Part shown: piece after piece, positions 17,667 to 27,399 of the stretch
Layout of the letters: each line of letters starts with the position of its first letter
How positions within the stretch are numbered: the stretch's first letter is position 1
IMG/VR virus record: IMGVR_UViG_3300036985_002246
Coordinates: 32,001 to 96,000 of that record
DNA from: a virus
Reading direction: 5' to 3' (one strand)
Length of the DNA stretch: 64,000 nt
Made by a program: the position numbers and the translations under genes
The notes under the pieces: model-generated
The model's database searches: none
Told to the model about the DNA's origin: nothing
What the model saw: only the letters and a program-made list of their open reading frames with translations

Positions 17667-19745
17667 GTGACCCAGCCTCTTCGCACCCGACGTGACTACG
17701 GCTCCGATCAGACGGCTGCCGACAACACTGCAAGCTCAGGAGCTTCCGCCATGATGATCGACGCAGCCGAGTTCGAGCGCACCCTCAAGCAGTCCATGCA
17801 CGAAACGGGAGTCTCCGTCGATCCGACGAAGGATATGTCCCCCGAGGACGCCGCCGAGTGGAAGCGCCAGAACGAGAAGCACAAGGACAAGTTCAAGACG
17901 GCCTCCGAGAGCTACCTGCTCCCGACGGCAGAGGCTGCGGTCCATGGGATCGCAAAGGTTCTCGGCTGGAAGGTGACGAAGAACCTCCCCTACGAGGGTG
18001 GGTACTACGGGCAGGTCCAATCTGAGGACACCAGCGAGTTCTCGCTCCGGGTCGAGTTCGAGGAAATGCACAGGAAGGCTCTGGGCCTCTCAGACGTTCC
18101 GTCTGAAGACGTGGTCGTCGTCCCCCATGTCTTCCTCAACACCTCGACAATCCCCAATCGACTGGCTGACCGGGTGTTCAGCAGTCTGAAGTTCAAGGGG
18201 AGCCCAGACCAGGCAATGCGGCTGCTGAGGACGGCCCCCCAGGTTGCCCACGCAGCTTGGATTGAGGGTACGCAGTCCAAGGCCGCACAGGACGCCATGT
18301 TCGACGAGTTGGAGTCGTTCAGCAGCAAGGTCTCCTTTGCCATTGAGTCCGGACTGACACGGCTCGGCATGGTGCTGGCGAACCACAAGCTGTACGGCAC
18401 CCATGTCTCCCCTCAGCGCGAGGTGGACCGGCCATTCATTTCCGGCAGTATGTACGTCACGGGTCTGACCCCTGGGAACAAGGACCAGGCAGCGGCTGCC
18501 CGCAAGGTCATGACCGCAGTGTCTCGGAAGCTCTCCAACGACAAGTACACTTTCAATCTGAACCAGCCTGCCCGCTGGTCCCAGAACGAACTGGCCTTCG
18601 GCTACGAGATCAAGTTCGCGGGGTTGGACCGGTCGGCCTCCGCCAACGGCGTCTCGATCGCCGACTACGAGGCAGAACTCGGCAAGGAGTCCAAGTTCGA
18701 GCGGGGCGAGGACGTGAGCCTCGACGAACTGCCCACGGAACTCCAGGAGAACGTCGAGAACCCGCCTCCTGCGGTCACGAAGCTCCGGGAGGAAATGGAG
18801 TCCAAGTCAGCCACCGACAAGGAGGCGAAGATCCAGGCTCGGCAGATCGCGATCCTCAAGAAGTACGTCGAGGGTGCAGGCGCTGGCGCTGCCACCGACT
18901 ACGACGATCTCCCCCAGGAGGTTCAGTCCGCCCTCATTCGCGTCAAGGACAGCGAAGTGCTGTGGAGCGACGTGAACCGCTGGCTCAGCGACAACACCAA
19001 GCGGGCCGCTGAGTCGAGGACCGCTGCCACCGGCCTCTACGGCTTCACGAAGGAAGCCGAGAAGGTTTGCGGCTCGGCCTCGAACAAGCTCGCCAAGTTC
19101 GCTGGCAAGCTCGCCAAGGAGATCTACGAGAAGGACGCGGAGACGCCCGCCTTCCTCGAAGAGCACACGGCACGGACCGCCTCGAAGGCCGCCCGAATGC
19201 TCCGTGGCTGCATGGCGGAGATTGGGCCGGGCCAGCCGACCAAGACCGCTGCCAAGGGCGAGAAGGGTCGCTACGGCTTCTCGGCGAAGACCGCCAGGCT
19301 CGCGCTCGAAGCCTGCAACACGGTCGAGCACGAGGCCGGTGTGATCGCGAGCGACCTGCACTCCCGCATGGGGTCGAAGCACGCGAGTATCACGGGCTTC
19401 CTCAACAAGCACGCGAAGCGCGCCAAGTGCGGCTGGAGCGACCTGATCCTGGAGGCGTACCCCGCCCAGGAGCAGCAGGTCATTGCCTCCGAGACGACCG
19501 AGAAGACGGCCTCTGACCTCAGCGGGTACTCGATCCACCCGTCGGTCGATCAGATCCTCACCTGGGAGGGACAGGGCACGCCCCGCGAGGCCGCCTCGTT
19601 CCTCGCCTCCGACGACGAGGAAGGGCCGCTCGCTGGCCGCACCTGGGACGGCGACAAGTCCAAGCCCGACGACGCCGCCCCGTACAACATTCACCCGGAG
19701 TCCCCCCCGGCGGGGGCTGACGGGAGCACCGAGCGGAAGCGGTAA
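17667..19745 (+). CDS. large modular protein, probable virion/internal head protein
   Basis: Multiple (K/R)(T/S/E)A junctions; duplicated G(L/R)YGF...FL..H domain. Confidence 0.55.
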   Translation: MTQPLRTRRDYGSDQTAADNTASSGASAMMIDAAEFERTLKQSMHETGVSVDPTKDMSPEDAAEWKRQNEKHKDKFKTASESYLLPTAEAAVHGIAKVLGWKVTKNLPYEGGYYGQVQSEDTSEFSLRVEFEEMHRKALGLSDVPSEDVVVVPHVFLNTSTIPNRLADRVFSSLKFKGSPDQAMRLLRTAPQVAHAAWIEGTQSKAAQDAMFDELESFSSKVSFAIESGLTRLGMVLANHKLYGTHVSPQREVDRPFISGSMYVTGLTPGNKDQAAAARKVMTAVSRKLSNDKYTFNLNQPARWSQNELAFGYEIKFAGLDRSASANGVSIADYEAELGKESKFERGEDVSLDELPTELQENVENPPPAVTKLREEMESKSATDKEAKIQARQIAILKKYVEGAGAGAATDYDDLPQEVQSALIRVKDSEVLWSDVNRWLSDNTKRAAESRTAATGLYGFTKEAEKVCGSASNKLAKFAGKLAKEIYEKDAETPAFLEEHTARTASKAARMLRGCMAEIGPGQPTKTAAKGEKGRYGFSAKTARLALEACNTVEHEAGVIASDLHSRMGSKHASITGFLNKHAKRAKCGWSDLILEAYPAQEQQVIASETTEKTASDLSGYSIHPSVDQILTWEGQGTPREAASFLASDDEEGPLAGRTWDGDKSKPDDAAPYNIHPESPPAGADGSTERKR

Positions 19746-19813
19746 ACAGGTGGTTCCGCGAGAACGTGTGCCCCGGTCACAAGACCAACTGCGGCCTCTG
19801 ATCTGAAGCAGCC

Positions 19814-20584
19814 ATGCGTACCCCGTCCCCAACCAGAGTCGCGTTCCGCTCCCTGATCGCAGGGGGCTCGGACTTCCAGAACTTCGGGAAGGGCACCGAC
19901 CCGAAGGCGGTCTTCCGCACGCTCGTCGAGAACGCCCGGTACGAGTCGGGGCGGGGTGGGTACTCCGGGACCATTGCAGAGAAGTCAGACTTCGAGCTTC
20001 GGTCCCGGACGCCAATGTCCAGGCAGCAGGCACGGGAATTCCTGGACAGGGACCTGGGCCACAACGACAAGTGGGGTCCGGCGTTCGCCGTGCCGATCGC
20101 TGAGGTGAAGGTCAAGTCCGAGAAGGAAGTCACCGTCAAGGTCAGCGCACCGACTCAGCAGGAAGCCTGGAAGCTCGCTGAGGCAGAGGTGAAGGCCAAG
20201 GCTGGCGACAAGGCCGTCGAGATCAGCCGGTTGAAGGCCACGAAGATCAAGGAGGGTGGTCTGCCGGAAATGGCAGCGAGCACCTCCTCAGAGAAGCTGT
20301 ATCGGATCGAGTGGGGCCGTGGGGGTGGGCAACTCATGGGCGTCGGTCCCACGAAGAAGGACGTGATTGACAGCTTCAAGCAGAAGCTGCTCAAGGACGA
20401 GTACCTGCTGTCGCTCCTGAAGCCCGGAACCATGTTCACCCTCTACGAGGTGAAGGGGCTCAAGACGTTCACCGTGGCGGGTTGGGCCTCGAAGTCCCCA
20501 GTCTGGGAGATCTCCTTCAAGGTCCGGGTCGTCGAGGTCGGCGGCGTCGAGGGCTACCTGTTCTACGGTATCGCTTCGGACTGA
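19814..20584 (+). CDS. hypothetical phage protein
   Basis: RVAFR leader, GGYSGTIAEK, DKWGPAFAV, GYLFYGIASD. Confidence 0.6.
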   Translation: MRTPSPTRVAFRSLIAGGSDFQNFGKGTDPKAVFRTLVENARYESGRGGYSGTIAEKSDFELRSRTPMSRQQAREFLDRDLGHNDKWGPAFAVPIAEVKVKSEKEVTVKVSAPTQQEAWKLAEAEVKAKAGDKAVEISRLKATKIKEGGLPEMAASTSSEKLYRIEWGRGGGQLMGVGPTKKDVIDSFKQKLLKDEYLLSLLKPGTMFTLYEVKGLKTFTVAGWASKSPVWEISFKVRVVEVGGVEGYLFYGIASD

Positions 20585-20787
20585 CCCGACTCCTGGTAGC
20601 CGAAGAACGATTGGTCAGCGGCAGCCCGCCACTCCTGCCACCAGATCGGTGCTCCCCTCCACTTCACGGAGACGGTGATCACCATGGTGCCGTCGTGGAC
20701 GTAGGCGCTTGAGACGATCTTGGCTCCACGGAGAAGGGCCAGACGAACCCGCCAGGGGAGGTTCTCGGCGTAGACGCTGAATCTCAT
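20563..20787 (-). CDS. hypothetical protein
   Basis: MRFSVYAENL...; GCGTAAG motif just upstream. Confidence 0.5.
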   Translation of the reverse strand: MRFSVYAENLPWRVRLALLRGAKIVSSAYVHDGTMVITVSVKWRGAPIWWQEWRAAADQSFFGYQESGQSEAIP

Positions 20788-20806
20788 GCGAGACTTACGC
20801 CCGCCG

Positions 20807-20971
20807 TCAGATCTTCTTGATCCCCTGGGTGAGCATCCACCAGTGGAACGGCAGGGCCAACTTCGACGGCAGGGTGAACTCCAGGTCCTCTCGTGGGCCA
20901 CCGGGGTCGCGGAACGTAATGCAAATGTTCTCGTTCCGGTTCGGGTTGTATTCCTGTCGTTGAGTCATCAT
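20807..20971 (-). CDS. hypothetical protein
   Basis: MMTQRQEY...; GCGTAAG motif upstream. Confidence 0.45.
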   Translation of the reverse strand: MMTQRQEYNPNRNENICITFRDPGGPREDLEFTLPSKLALPFHWWMLTQGIKKI

Positions 20972-21048
20972 GAGCTTCCTTACGCCCAACGGCTGACCTG
21001 ACTTTCGAGGACTCACCGATATAGGGTAGCCCGCGTCCTGCCAGAGCA

Positions 21049-21303
21049 CTAGCCGTTGTCCCAATCGGGATCCACTGGCGTGGGCTTCTTCCACCAATCG
21101 GGGCGACCGTTGTCACGGAGCTTCCCGATCGCCTCGTCCAGCATACCCACGGAGCCCTGCTCCCACTGGCGGACCACTTCGGCGGCGTCCTCCTGGAGGG
21201 AGGCATAGTCCTCTTTCAGGCCGTCCGGGTCGCGGCGAAGCTCAGCCTCTGCCCGGAGCTTCCATGCGCGTAGCTCTTGGAGTTCTTCTTCCAGTGTGGT
21301 CAT
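21049..21303 (-). CDS. hypothetical protein
   Basis: MTTLEEELQEL..., RBS GGAGG. Confidence 0.55.
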   Translation of the reverse strand: MTTLEEELQELRAWKLRAEAELRRDPDGLKEDYASLQEDAAEVVRQWEQGSVGMLDEAIGKLRDNGRPDWWKKPTPVDPDWDNG

Positions 21304-21989
21304 GGCAGCCTCCTGAATCGAACCCGCCACACCCAGGGGTTCTGATCCCATGGGCGTCGCTTCCCTTCAGTCTTGTCCCACAGATTGGCGAAAGCGTGCC
21401 GAGCGTCCAGGAGGCATTGGTCGGCGCTCGTGGTGGGCTCCATTGACCAGCCTCGACGCTGAACGAGCGTGGCCCCAGGGACGCCACCCGAGAAGTCGTG
21501 CTTCCCGTAGTCGGTGAAGATCGCGCCTTCAGCGACGGCGTCCTCTTCGGTGATCGCGTGGAGCCGCTCTACCCGGACCTCCAACACCTCCAGGTTGATC
21601 CTGGAAGCCCACCGGGGCATATTGCTGGAGGGGTGCCACGGGGAGTTCTCCCCGTTCCCCTGGTATCGAACCCAATCCGGGTGGTCGGCTCGGTAGCCGA
21701 GACCGCGAGTGGCGTCCCCTCCCCAGGTCTCCCTGACCCACAGCTTGTCTCCGGGAGAGCCCAGCGGGCACTTCATTCCACCGTCGGGGTCAGCGATCTG
21801 AGCGACGCGATCCGGAGTCAACTCGAAGTCGGCGAAGATCCACCCACTCACCGGGTGCGGTGCCGCGTGTGGGTAGTCGAACCGAGCCCAGGGACCCCTG
21901 AACTTGACGGCCTGGCGGGCGACGGTCTTCCTCCCCTGGAGCAATGCGATCACAGACGGGGCGGCAAGCTGAATCGGCTTCTCTGTCAC
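21300..21989 (-). CDS. ASCH/PUA-like phage protein
   Basis: GDKLWVRETW, WHPSSNMPRWASRINLEV..VRVERL, W..NPWVW.V.F. Confidence 0.8.
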   Translation of the reverse strand: MTEKPIQLAAPSVIALLQGRKTVARQAVKFRGPWARFDYPHAAPHPVSGWIFADFELTPDRVAQIADPDGGMKCPLGSPGDKLWVRETWGGDATRGLGYRADHPDWVRYQGNGENSPWHPSSNMPRWASRINLEVLEVRVERLHAITEEDAVAEGAIFTDYGKHDFSGGVPGATLVQRRGWSMEPTTSADQCLLDARHAFANLWDKTEGKRRPWDQNPWVWRVRFRRLP

Positions 21990-22312
21990 TTGGTTCTCGG
22001 GGTAGCAGCGCGAGCTTCGAGGGAGTGGATCAGTTCTCGAAAGGGGTCAGACCCCTCGTCCACCTCTGGCTCTACAGGCACTTCAACCACAGGGGCAGGA
22101 GCGGGAATCGAGTGCCGTGCCTCCCAGACCTCGACGTGCTTGAGACACGCCGGGCAGGTCGGTCGCCTTCGGTCGTACCCTCGCTTGAACTCGACCCAGA
22201 TCGCGCAGGAGGTGTACGCCCCTCCCCGAAGAATCGGCGGAGGTGACGCCTGCTCCTGGGTCAGGTGCCAGGAGTTGTCCCCGGCCATGACGCACTGGTA
22301 GTCAGTAGCCAT
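21986..22312 (-). CDS. hypothetical Cys-containing protein
   Basis: MATDYQC...PTCPAC. Confidence 0.55.
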   Translation of the reverse strand: MATDYQCVMAGDNSWHLTQEQASPPPILRGGAYTSCAIWVEFKRGYDRRRPTCPACLKHVEVWEARHSIPAPAPVVEVPVEPEVDEGSDPFRELIHSLEARAATPRTK

Positions 22313-22484
22313 CCTTTGCCCACCCACCGCCCTTCAGAACGAAAGAGGAGGTGCCAGAGATCAGCCTCTTGACCTCACCCTTGCAGGACTTCTCTGGGCA
22401 CTTCTTCAGGGGCGGCTCAGTGATCTTCTGGTCCGCCTCGAAGGTCTTGTGGCACTTCTCGCACTCGTAGTCGTAGGTGGGCAC
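22302..22484 (-). CDS. FmdB family zinc-ribbon protein
   Basis: MPTYDYECEKC...CPE..C...KRLIS...F.LKGGGW..DGY. Confidence 0.9.
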   Translation of the reverse strand: MPTYDYECEKCHKTFEADQKITEPPLKKCPEKSCKGEVKRLISGTSSFVLKGGGWAKDGY

Positions 22485-22493
22485 GTCGTGACT

Positions 22494-22769
22494 CTACTTC
22501 TCGACGGGGGACTTGGCCCCGCGCTCAATCCACTCGGCAACCGTCAGATCGCACTCGTCGTTGTCAAGGCCGTCGGCGGACCAGGGAAGGCTCTCCAGAA
22601 CCTCTTCCGGAACGGCGCTCGCCGAACTGACGAGGGTGGCTGTGACACTCTCCGCTGGGTCCTCGGACCACTCGGTGACGTTGTTCTCGGCCCACCCGGT
22701 CGCCGCACTCTCGCTGAGGGCAGACACGAAGACCTTGTGAGTGATCTCGACCTCGTAGACTCGACGCAT
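22494..22769 (-). CDS. hypothetical protein
   Basis: MRRVYEVEITH..., RBS GGAGG. Confidence 0.55.
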   Translation of the reverse strand: MRRVYEVEITHKVFVSALSESAATGWAENNVTEWSEDPAESVTATLVSSASAVPEEVLESLPWSADGLDNDECDLTVAEWIERGAKSPVEK

Positions 22770-22789
22770 TGCTGCCACCTCCAAGGGTG

Positions 22790-22984
22790 TTACGCCTCTT
22801 CCTCGACCACGACCGTGGCCCCGGACGTGCGAAGCCAATCCGCGAGGTCGTCCACGAAGGCTTGCAGGTCGTCCCACTCGGAAACCGGAAGGACGACAGC
22901 GCCCTCTCTGGTCTCCAAGCTGAACAAGACTCGCCGAGCACTTCGTTGAACGACCAGAAGCAGCGTGTGGCTCTGGGGCGTCAT
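22790..22984 (-). CDS. hypothetical protein
   Basis: 64-aa ORF. Confidence 0.45.
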   Translation of the reverse strand: MTPQSHTLLLVVQRSARRVLFSLETREGAVVLPVSEWDDLQAFVDDLADWLRTSGATVVVEEEA

Positions 22985-23014
22985 ACCCCAATCGCCTGAT
23001 AGATCATGCACCCG

Positions 23015-23263
23015 CTAGGTGAACTTCGTAGCCCAATCACACGAGAGGCATGGCCGGACATAGGAGTGCTCCCACAGGTGTCCGTTGGAGCACCGGTACG
23101 AGTCCCTGATTCGGTTCGGGTCATGGTGGTGGTGAACCCCGTCTTCGTCGCGGAAGTGGAAGCTCCCCCCAAGCAGAGTCGTGATCGAACCCCCAGGATA
23201 GACGCTGCTCTTCTGATTGAGCCGCTCGCACTCGGGGCAGGCAGGAATGAAGGACATGATCAT
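23015..23263 (-). CDS. Cys/His-rich hypothetical protein
   Basis: CPEC...HHHHDPN...CSNGH...CLSC. Confidence 0.55.
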   Translation of the reverse strand: MIMSFIPACPECERLNQKSSVYPGGSITTLLGGSFHFRDEDGVHHHHDPNRIRDSYRCSNGHLWEHSYVRPCLSCDWATKFT

Positions 23264-23661
23264 GAGGTCTTCCCCAGCGGGTTGGCGAGGAGGGCCGTGA
23301 TCTCCTCCCGAAGAACATTGGCCGCATAGTTCTCGGGTCGGGGAGTACGAAGTCCATGCTCCTGAACAGAGGAGCGGGAGCGGACTTGGTCCCACCGACT
23401 TGCCTCAATCTCCAGGGCGGTGGCTCGGGCCTCAAGCTGGGCCACGACGACCTTGATCGCCGACTCGTAGGCTGACCTGGAGGCTCGGGTCAGATCCTCG
23501 CTGCTTGCCCCAATGTGGTTGCTCACGCTGCGGCAGTGGGTGTTCCGGCAGAGTGTCCCCACCTCCCCGAAGCAGCCGCACCGGGGGCACATTCCGACCT
23601 CAGTCGTCCCGACGAACTGGTCCACCCGCACCTCGACAATGGGGCTCTTCGGCAGACTCAC
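23260..23661 (-). CDS. hypothetical protein with Zn-ribbon
   Basis: CPRCGC...C...C; GTGA overlap. Confidence 0.5.
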   Translation of the reverse strand: MSLPKSPIVEVRVDQFVGTTEVGMCPRCGCFGEVGTLCRNTHCRSVSNHIGASSEDLTRASRSAYESAIKVVVAQLEARATALEIEASRWDQVRSRSSVQEHGLRTPRPENYAANVLREEITALLANPLGKTS

Positions 23662-23930
23662 TTCGTGTCCCCGTAGTTGGTGTTGGCGTGGTGCTGTGCC
23701 TTCGCCGCAGGGGTCATTCCCCCGTCCGTGAGCCACCGGTCGAACTTTTCGAGTTCCTTGTCAGAGGGGTGCTTGCCCATGCGGGTGATCCTCTGGCGGA
23801 TCTCTTCGAGGGGCCGGTTCCAGGCCGCAGCCAACTGCTCTGCCGTGACCTTCCACGAGGTCGCGTGTGTCTCCCCGACAATGATCGTCGGGTTGTTGGT
23901 CGCAATCGCCGTTGGGAACGTGATCTTCAT
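23658..23930 (-). CDS. hypothetical protein
   Basis: 90-aa ORF in the operon. Confidence 0.55.
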   Translation of the reverse strand: MKITFPTAIATNNPTIIVGETHATSWKVTAEQLAAAWNRPLEEIRQRITRMGKHPSDKELEKFDRWLTDGGMTPAAKAQHHANTNYGDTK

Positions 23931-24217
23931 CAGTTCGCCTTCTCCTTCCGAATGCGTTCGAGCGCCTCGATCACGCAGTCGTCCATGTAGTCGCGGGCGT
24001 CGGGCTCAGGCCACCCGTCCTCGCTCGCGAAGTCCATGCTCGACGAGCACATGACGTGACCGTCCCAGGTCTGCGCCTTCACGAGGCCCACGAAGTAGTC
24101 CACGAGCTTGGCCCGCTCCTCGAAGGAGACAGCGACGGCGGGAACCCGCTTCCTGTCAGAGAGGGAGAGCGGGCTGAGGGTGAGCTTCCCGGATTCAATG
24201 GCAGCAAAGAGGCGCAT
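23930..24217 (-). CDS. hypothetical protein
   Basis: 95-aa ORF in the operon. Confidence 0.55.
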   Translation of the reverse strand: MRLFAAIESGKLTLSPLSLSDRKRVPAVAVSFEERAKLVDYFVGLVKAQTWDGHVMCSSSMDFASEDGWPEPDARDYMDDCVIEALERIRKEKAN

Positions 24218-24613
24218 TTAGCTCTTACCCCCTTTGAGCACCTTCGGGGTCCACGCCCGAGCGGGCTTGGCCTCAATCTTCGGCATGGGCTCCGCCGCAC
24301 CGGGAGACTTGAGGGCGACCCCCTCACCCGTCTCGCGGTCCACGACCATGGTGATCCGCGCCCACGGGAAGAAGCACCGGCACGTACTCCCGGAGAAGGC
24401 CAGATCGACCGAGACCCCCTCCTTCGAGTAGTCGAGGTTCAGCGGGTAGCTGGCGCAGAGGTCGATCTGCAACCACTCCTTCCACTGAGCCTTGACGTGC
24501 TCGGGGGCGACCACGTCCTCATGGGTCGAGTCCACGACGAGCTTCGGCGTGTGCCCGGCGTTCCAGATCACGTCGAGGATCGTCTGAAGCGGGTGGTGGA
24601 CGACGGGGGCCAT
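24218..24613 (-). CDS. sspB: SspB-like ClpXP adaptor
   Basis: TPKLVVD...VVAPEHV...LDYSKEGVSVDLAFSG...FFPWARI; basic/hydrophobic C-terminal tail PKVLKGGKS. Confidence 0.75.
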   Translation of the reverse strand: MAPVVHHPLQTILDVIWNAGHTPKLVVDSTHEDVVAPEHVKAQWKEWLQIDLCASYPLNLDYSKEGVSVDLAFSGSTCRCFFPWARITMVVDRETGEGVALKSPGAAEPMPKIEAKPARAWTPKVLKGGKS

Positions 24614-25528
24614 TCAGGTCGCGAAGCTCTGGAACAGGTCTTCGCCGGGGATCGTCTTGCGGTACTGGACCCAGGGTGCCTTGAAGTTCCCGCACATGAA
24701 GTGGGAGATCACTCGCTGAGTCGGGTTGGCAGGGTCGTCCTTGTAGACCGGGGCGAACAGAGGGTCTTCCAGGGAGGGGGCCACGACCTTGGCTGCGTGC
24801 TCGAACGGGCTCATGTGTCCGTTCATGAGGAGCCTGTCGTGGAGCGAGCAGTCCGCGTTGAGGTCACGCTTGCCGTCGTGGGTCAGGTGGGTGACCCGAG
24901 CGCAGCGTGCGGTGCTGACCTTCGGCAGGTCCACGAACGGGAGTGCCGCTGGGTCGAGGTCGCTGAACGCCTCGTAGTCCTCGTCGAAGACGAACGGAAG
25001 GTGCCACTCGCCCGGCTTCCGCTCGACCGGGGTCGAAGCGGCGAGGGCAGCCCGCATGAGTTCCGCTGCGGTGCGGATCTCCGGCTGGGCTTCAGGCGAG
25101 CACCTCAGGGCGAAGAAGTTGGCCCACTCGGTCGCCGTGACAATGACCGTGTGCCACAGGAACGGCTCCAGCATTCGGTTCGCCCACTGCTTGTGGACTC
25201 CGATCTGGGCCAGCTTCGCAGCCTGTTGGGTCGCTTGGTAGGCAGCGTCGAGCCAGGCCATTCTTGCGGCTTCCTGGCTCTCGTCGCCCAAGGCGTCACC
25301 GGCCTGCATTCCCTTCTTGTTCGCGCCGAACGCCTCCGGAATGAAGGCGTTCTGACGGACCTCGGCGATCCGCTTCTCGACGGGGATCGCTCGGCTGCTC
25401 GCGCTCGACCTACTGAACACCCGGTGGGTGTTGAATTCGGCCAGCACGATCCTGGGGAACGTGACCTGAAGCGTCGTCAGGCGAACCCCTGAGGCGATCG
25501 AGTCGGTGAGTACCTTGGCGTCGAACAT
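24614..25528 (-). CDS. thyX: FAD-dependent thymidylate synthase
   Basis: EFNTHRVFSRSSASSRAIP, QPEI, HMSPFEH. Confidence 0.9.
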   Translation of the reverse strand: MFDAKVLTDSIASGVRLTTLQVTFPRIVLAEFNTHRVFSRSSASSRAIPVEKRIAEVRQNAFIPEAFGANKKGMQAGDALGDESQEAARMAWLDAAYQATQQAAKLAQIGVHKQWANRMLEPFLWHTVIVTATEWANFFALRCSPEAQPEIRTAAELMRAALAASTPVERKPGEWHLPFVFDEDYEAFSDLDPAALPFVDLPKVSTARCARVTHLTHDGKRDLNADCSLHDRLLMNGHMSPFEHAAKVVAPSLEDPLFAPVYKDDPANPTQRVISHFMCGNFKAPWVQYRKTIPGEDLFQSFAT

Positions 25529-25570
25529 GAAGAACCTCCGGGGGGACGTTACCCCTTTCCACTCCCGGCC

Positions 25571-25984
25571 TCAGATTGGGCGGAGCTTCCGGAAGTCCTC
25601 CCAGCCGTGATCCGTCCCAGCCTCGTCCGCACGCAGCAGGTACGCAGAGCCCCGCGTGTTCGAGTCGTCCCCGCTCCAGGAGATCTTGGCGATCCTGAAC
25701 GTCCCCTTCTCCCTCGAACAGGCCACCACGTCGTCCACCTTGAAGGCTGGAGCCTCTGCACTCGGGAGGGGCAGGTTCCCGTACTTCGCGAAGTGCTCGA
25801 AGAGCGGGACCAACTCGCTGACGAAGTCATGGTGGAGGTTGAGCGGCTTGTCCTCCTCCCGGCGGAAGACAAGCGCCGAGTCAGAGGTCTCCTCCAGGTA
25901 GAACTTCCGCCCGGCCTCGTCCTCGATCTCGTAGACCCGAAGGCCACCACGCTCCGTTCGGAACGACGTTCGCACTGACGACAT
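25571..25984 (-). CDS. hypothetical protein
   Basis: 137-aa ORF. Confidence 0.55.
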   Translation of the reverse strand: MSSVRTSFRTERGGLRVYEIEDEAGRKFYLEETSDSALVFRREEDKPLNLHHDFVSELVPLFEHFAKYGNLPLPSAEAPAFKVDDVVACSREKGTFRIAKISWSGDDSNTRGSAYLLRADEAGTDHGWEDFRKLRPI

Positions 25985-25992
25985 TGTGAACC

Positions 25993-26733
25993 TCAGGTGT
26001 TCTCGGTGATACCCCGACCGTCGGGGCCAAACGTGCAGGCGAACAGGGTCGCCGGACCAGAGTACGGGTTGAGCTTCGTCGGGCCGTCCTCACCGACCGT
26101 CAGGAAGTAGTAGCGGTCCCTCTCCTCGCTGGTGTCGAAAAGGAGGATCAGAAACCCGCCGTGCAGGAGCTTGATACTCAGATCGCGGTCGTTGTCGAGG
26201 AGGTAGGGTGCCGCCTTCTCGACCTCCACCCAATCTACGTCCCCAGCGACCGACACGAGCAGCCCGTGCTTGCCGTGGACGCGGCAAAGTTCCCCGACGC
26301 AATCATAGTGGGTGCTGTACGTCTTCACGGTTCGTCGTGCCTTCGCTTTGGTTCGAGGTTGGAGAGTGAGCCCGTTGCCGGTCAGTGCCCGCTGAGCCTT
26401 TTTCCGCGCATACAGCAAGGCTCTCGAAGCAGCCTGCCTCTTGGTGTACTCCTCCCAGCCCATGGCGGGCTTCACCCTGGAGGGCTCAGGGGGGTCAGCT
26501 TCTCGGGGGAGCCGGTGACAGATTGCCACCTCGGGAATGAAGCGGATCTGATCCACGAAGGGGTTCTGATCCAGCAGGGGCTCCTCAACCTCCTCGCAGA
26601 GCAGGTCCCAGGAGAGGCTGACGGAGGTGAGGGTCTGGTAGGTGTCTGGGAACCGGACACTCTTCGGGCCGCCGTACCACCCGCCATTCTTTCGACGGCG
26701 CTCCCTGCGGTGATCCCGCTCCCCTAGGTACAT
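25993..26733 (-). CDS. hypothetical protein
   Basis: MYLGERD... with GGAGG RBS. Confidence 0.55.
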   Translation of the reverse strand: MYLGERDHRRERRRKNGGWYGGPKSVRFPDTYQTLTSVSLSWDLLCEEVEEPLLDQNPFVDQIRFIPEVAICHRLPREADPPEPSRVKPAMGWEEYTKRQAASRALLYARKKAQRALTGNGLTLQPRTKAKARRTVKTYSTHYDCVGELCRVHGKHGLLVSVAGDVDWVEVEKAAPYLLDNDRDLSIKLLHGGFLILLFDTSEERDRYYFLTVGEDGPTKLNPYSGPATLFACTFGPDGRGITENT

Positions 26734-26778
26734 TGCCTCCGGCTTGTAGCCTGACCTGGGGAAACTCATGGTGCCCTG

Positions 26779-27384
26779 CTACTGAGGGAACGCCTCAGCC
26801 GGGTTCCACCCGTAGGTGGTAGCCGCCGTCGAGTAGGCTCGCTCGAAGCTCAAAATGAGGTCCGCGAGCTTCGGGTCCACGAGGACTTGCCACAGGTTGG
26901 CCTGCGGCTTGACCCCGGTTGCGGCCCACACGACAGCACGGGCGGCGTCGGAGTACCCACGGAGGGCGCGAACACCCCACTTCGGAGGGTCTGCGACGAG
27001 GTCATGGACGTTCGAGGTCTTGTCGGCGATCTTGATCGCCCTCCCCCAGGTGTCCATGTCGAGCATCTTCCGAAGCTGGTACGCCTGCTTCAACTCCCGG
27101 TCCTTCCGAGCGTCGAGCGGCAGCGTGAGGTGCTCGACCAGCCCGGAGACTCGGTAGCCGAACCTCCGGGTGATCTCCGCGAGGGGCACTTGGGTGTCCT
27201 CCGCAACGTCGTGGAGGAGGGCAGCGACGAGAATGTCTGTCTCGGCGAACCCTGCGTTGTGGAGGCGACGGGCAACGTCGATCGGGTGGGTGACGTAGGG
27301 GACGCCCTTCCCACCACGGACTTGCCCCTGGTGGGCGAGCGTAGCGAACTCGACCGCGTCGAGTAGTTCTGTCGTGTTGTTCAT
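26779..27384 (-). CDS. HD-domain (p)ppGpp hydrolase-like protein (Mesh1/SpoT HD family)
   Basis: AHQGQVR...PYVTHP, ALLHDVAEDT, IKIADKTSN. Confidence 0.88.
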   Translation of the reverse strand: MNNTTELLDAVEFATLAHQGQVRGGKGVPYVTHPIDVARRLHNAGFAETDILVAALLHDVAEDTQVPLAEITRRFGYRVSGLVEHLTLPLDARKDRELKQAYQLRKMLDMDTWGRAIKIADKTSNVHDLVADPPKWGVRALRGYSDAARAVVWAATGVKPQANLWQVLVDPKLADLILSFERAYSTAATTYGWNPAEAFPQ

Positions 27385-27399
27385 TGAGAGACTTTACGC

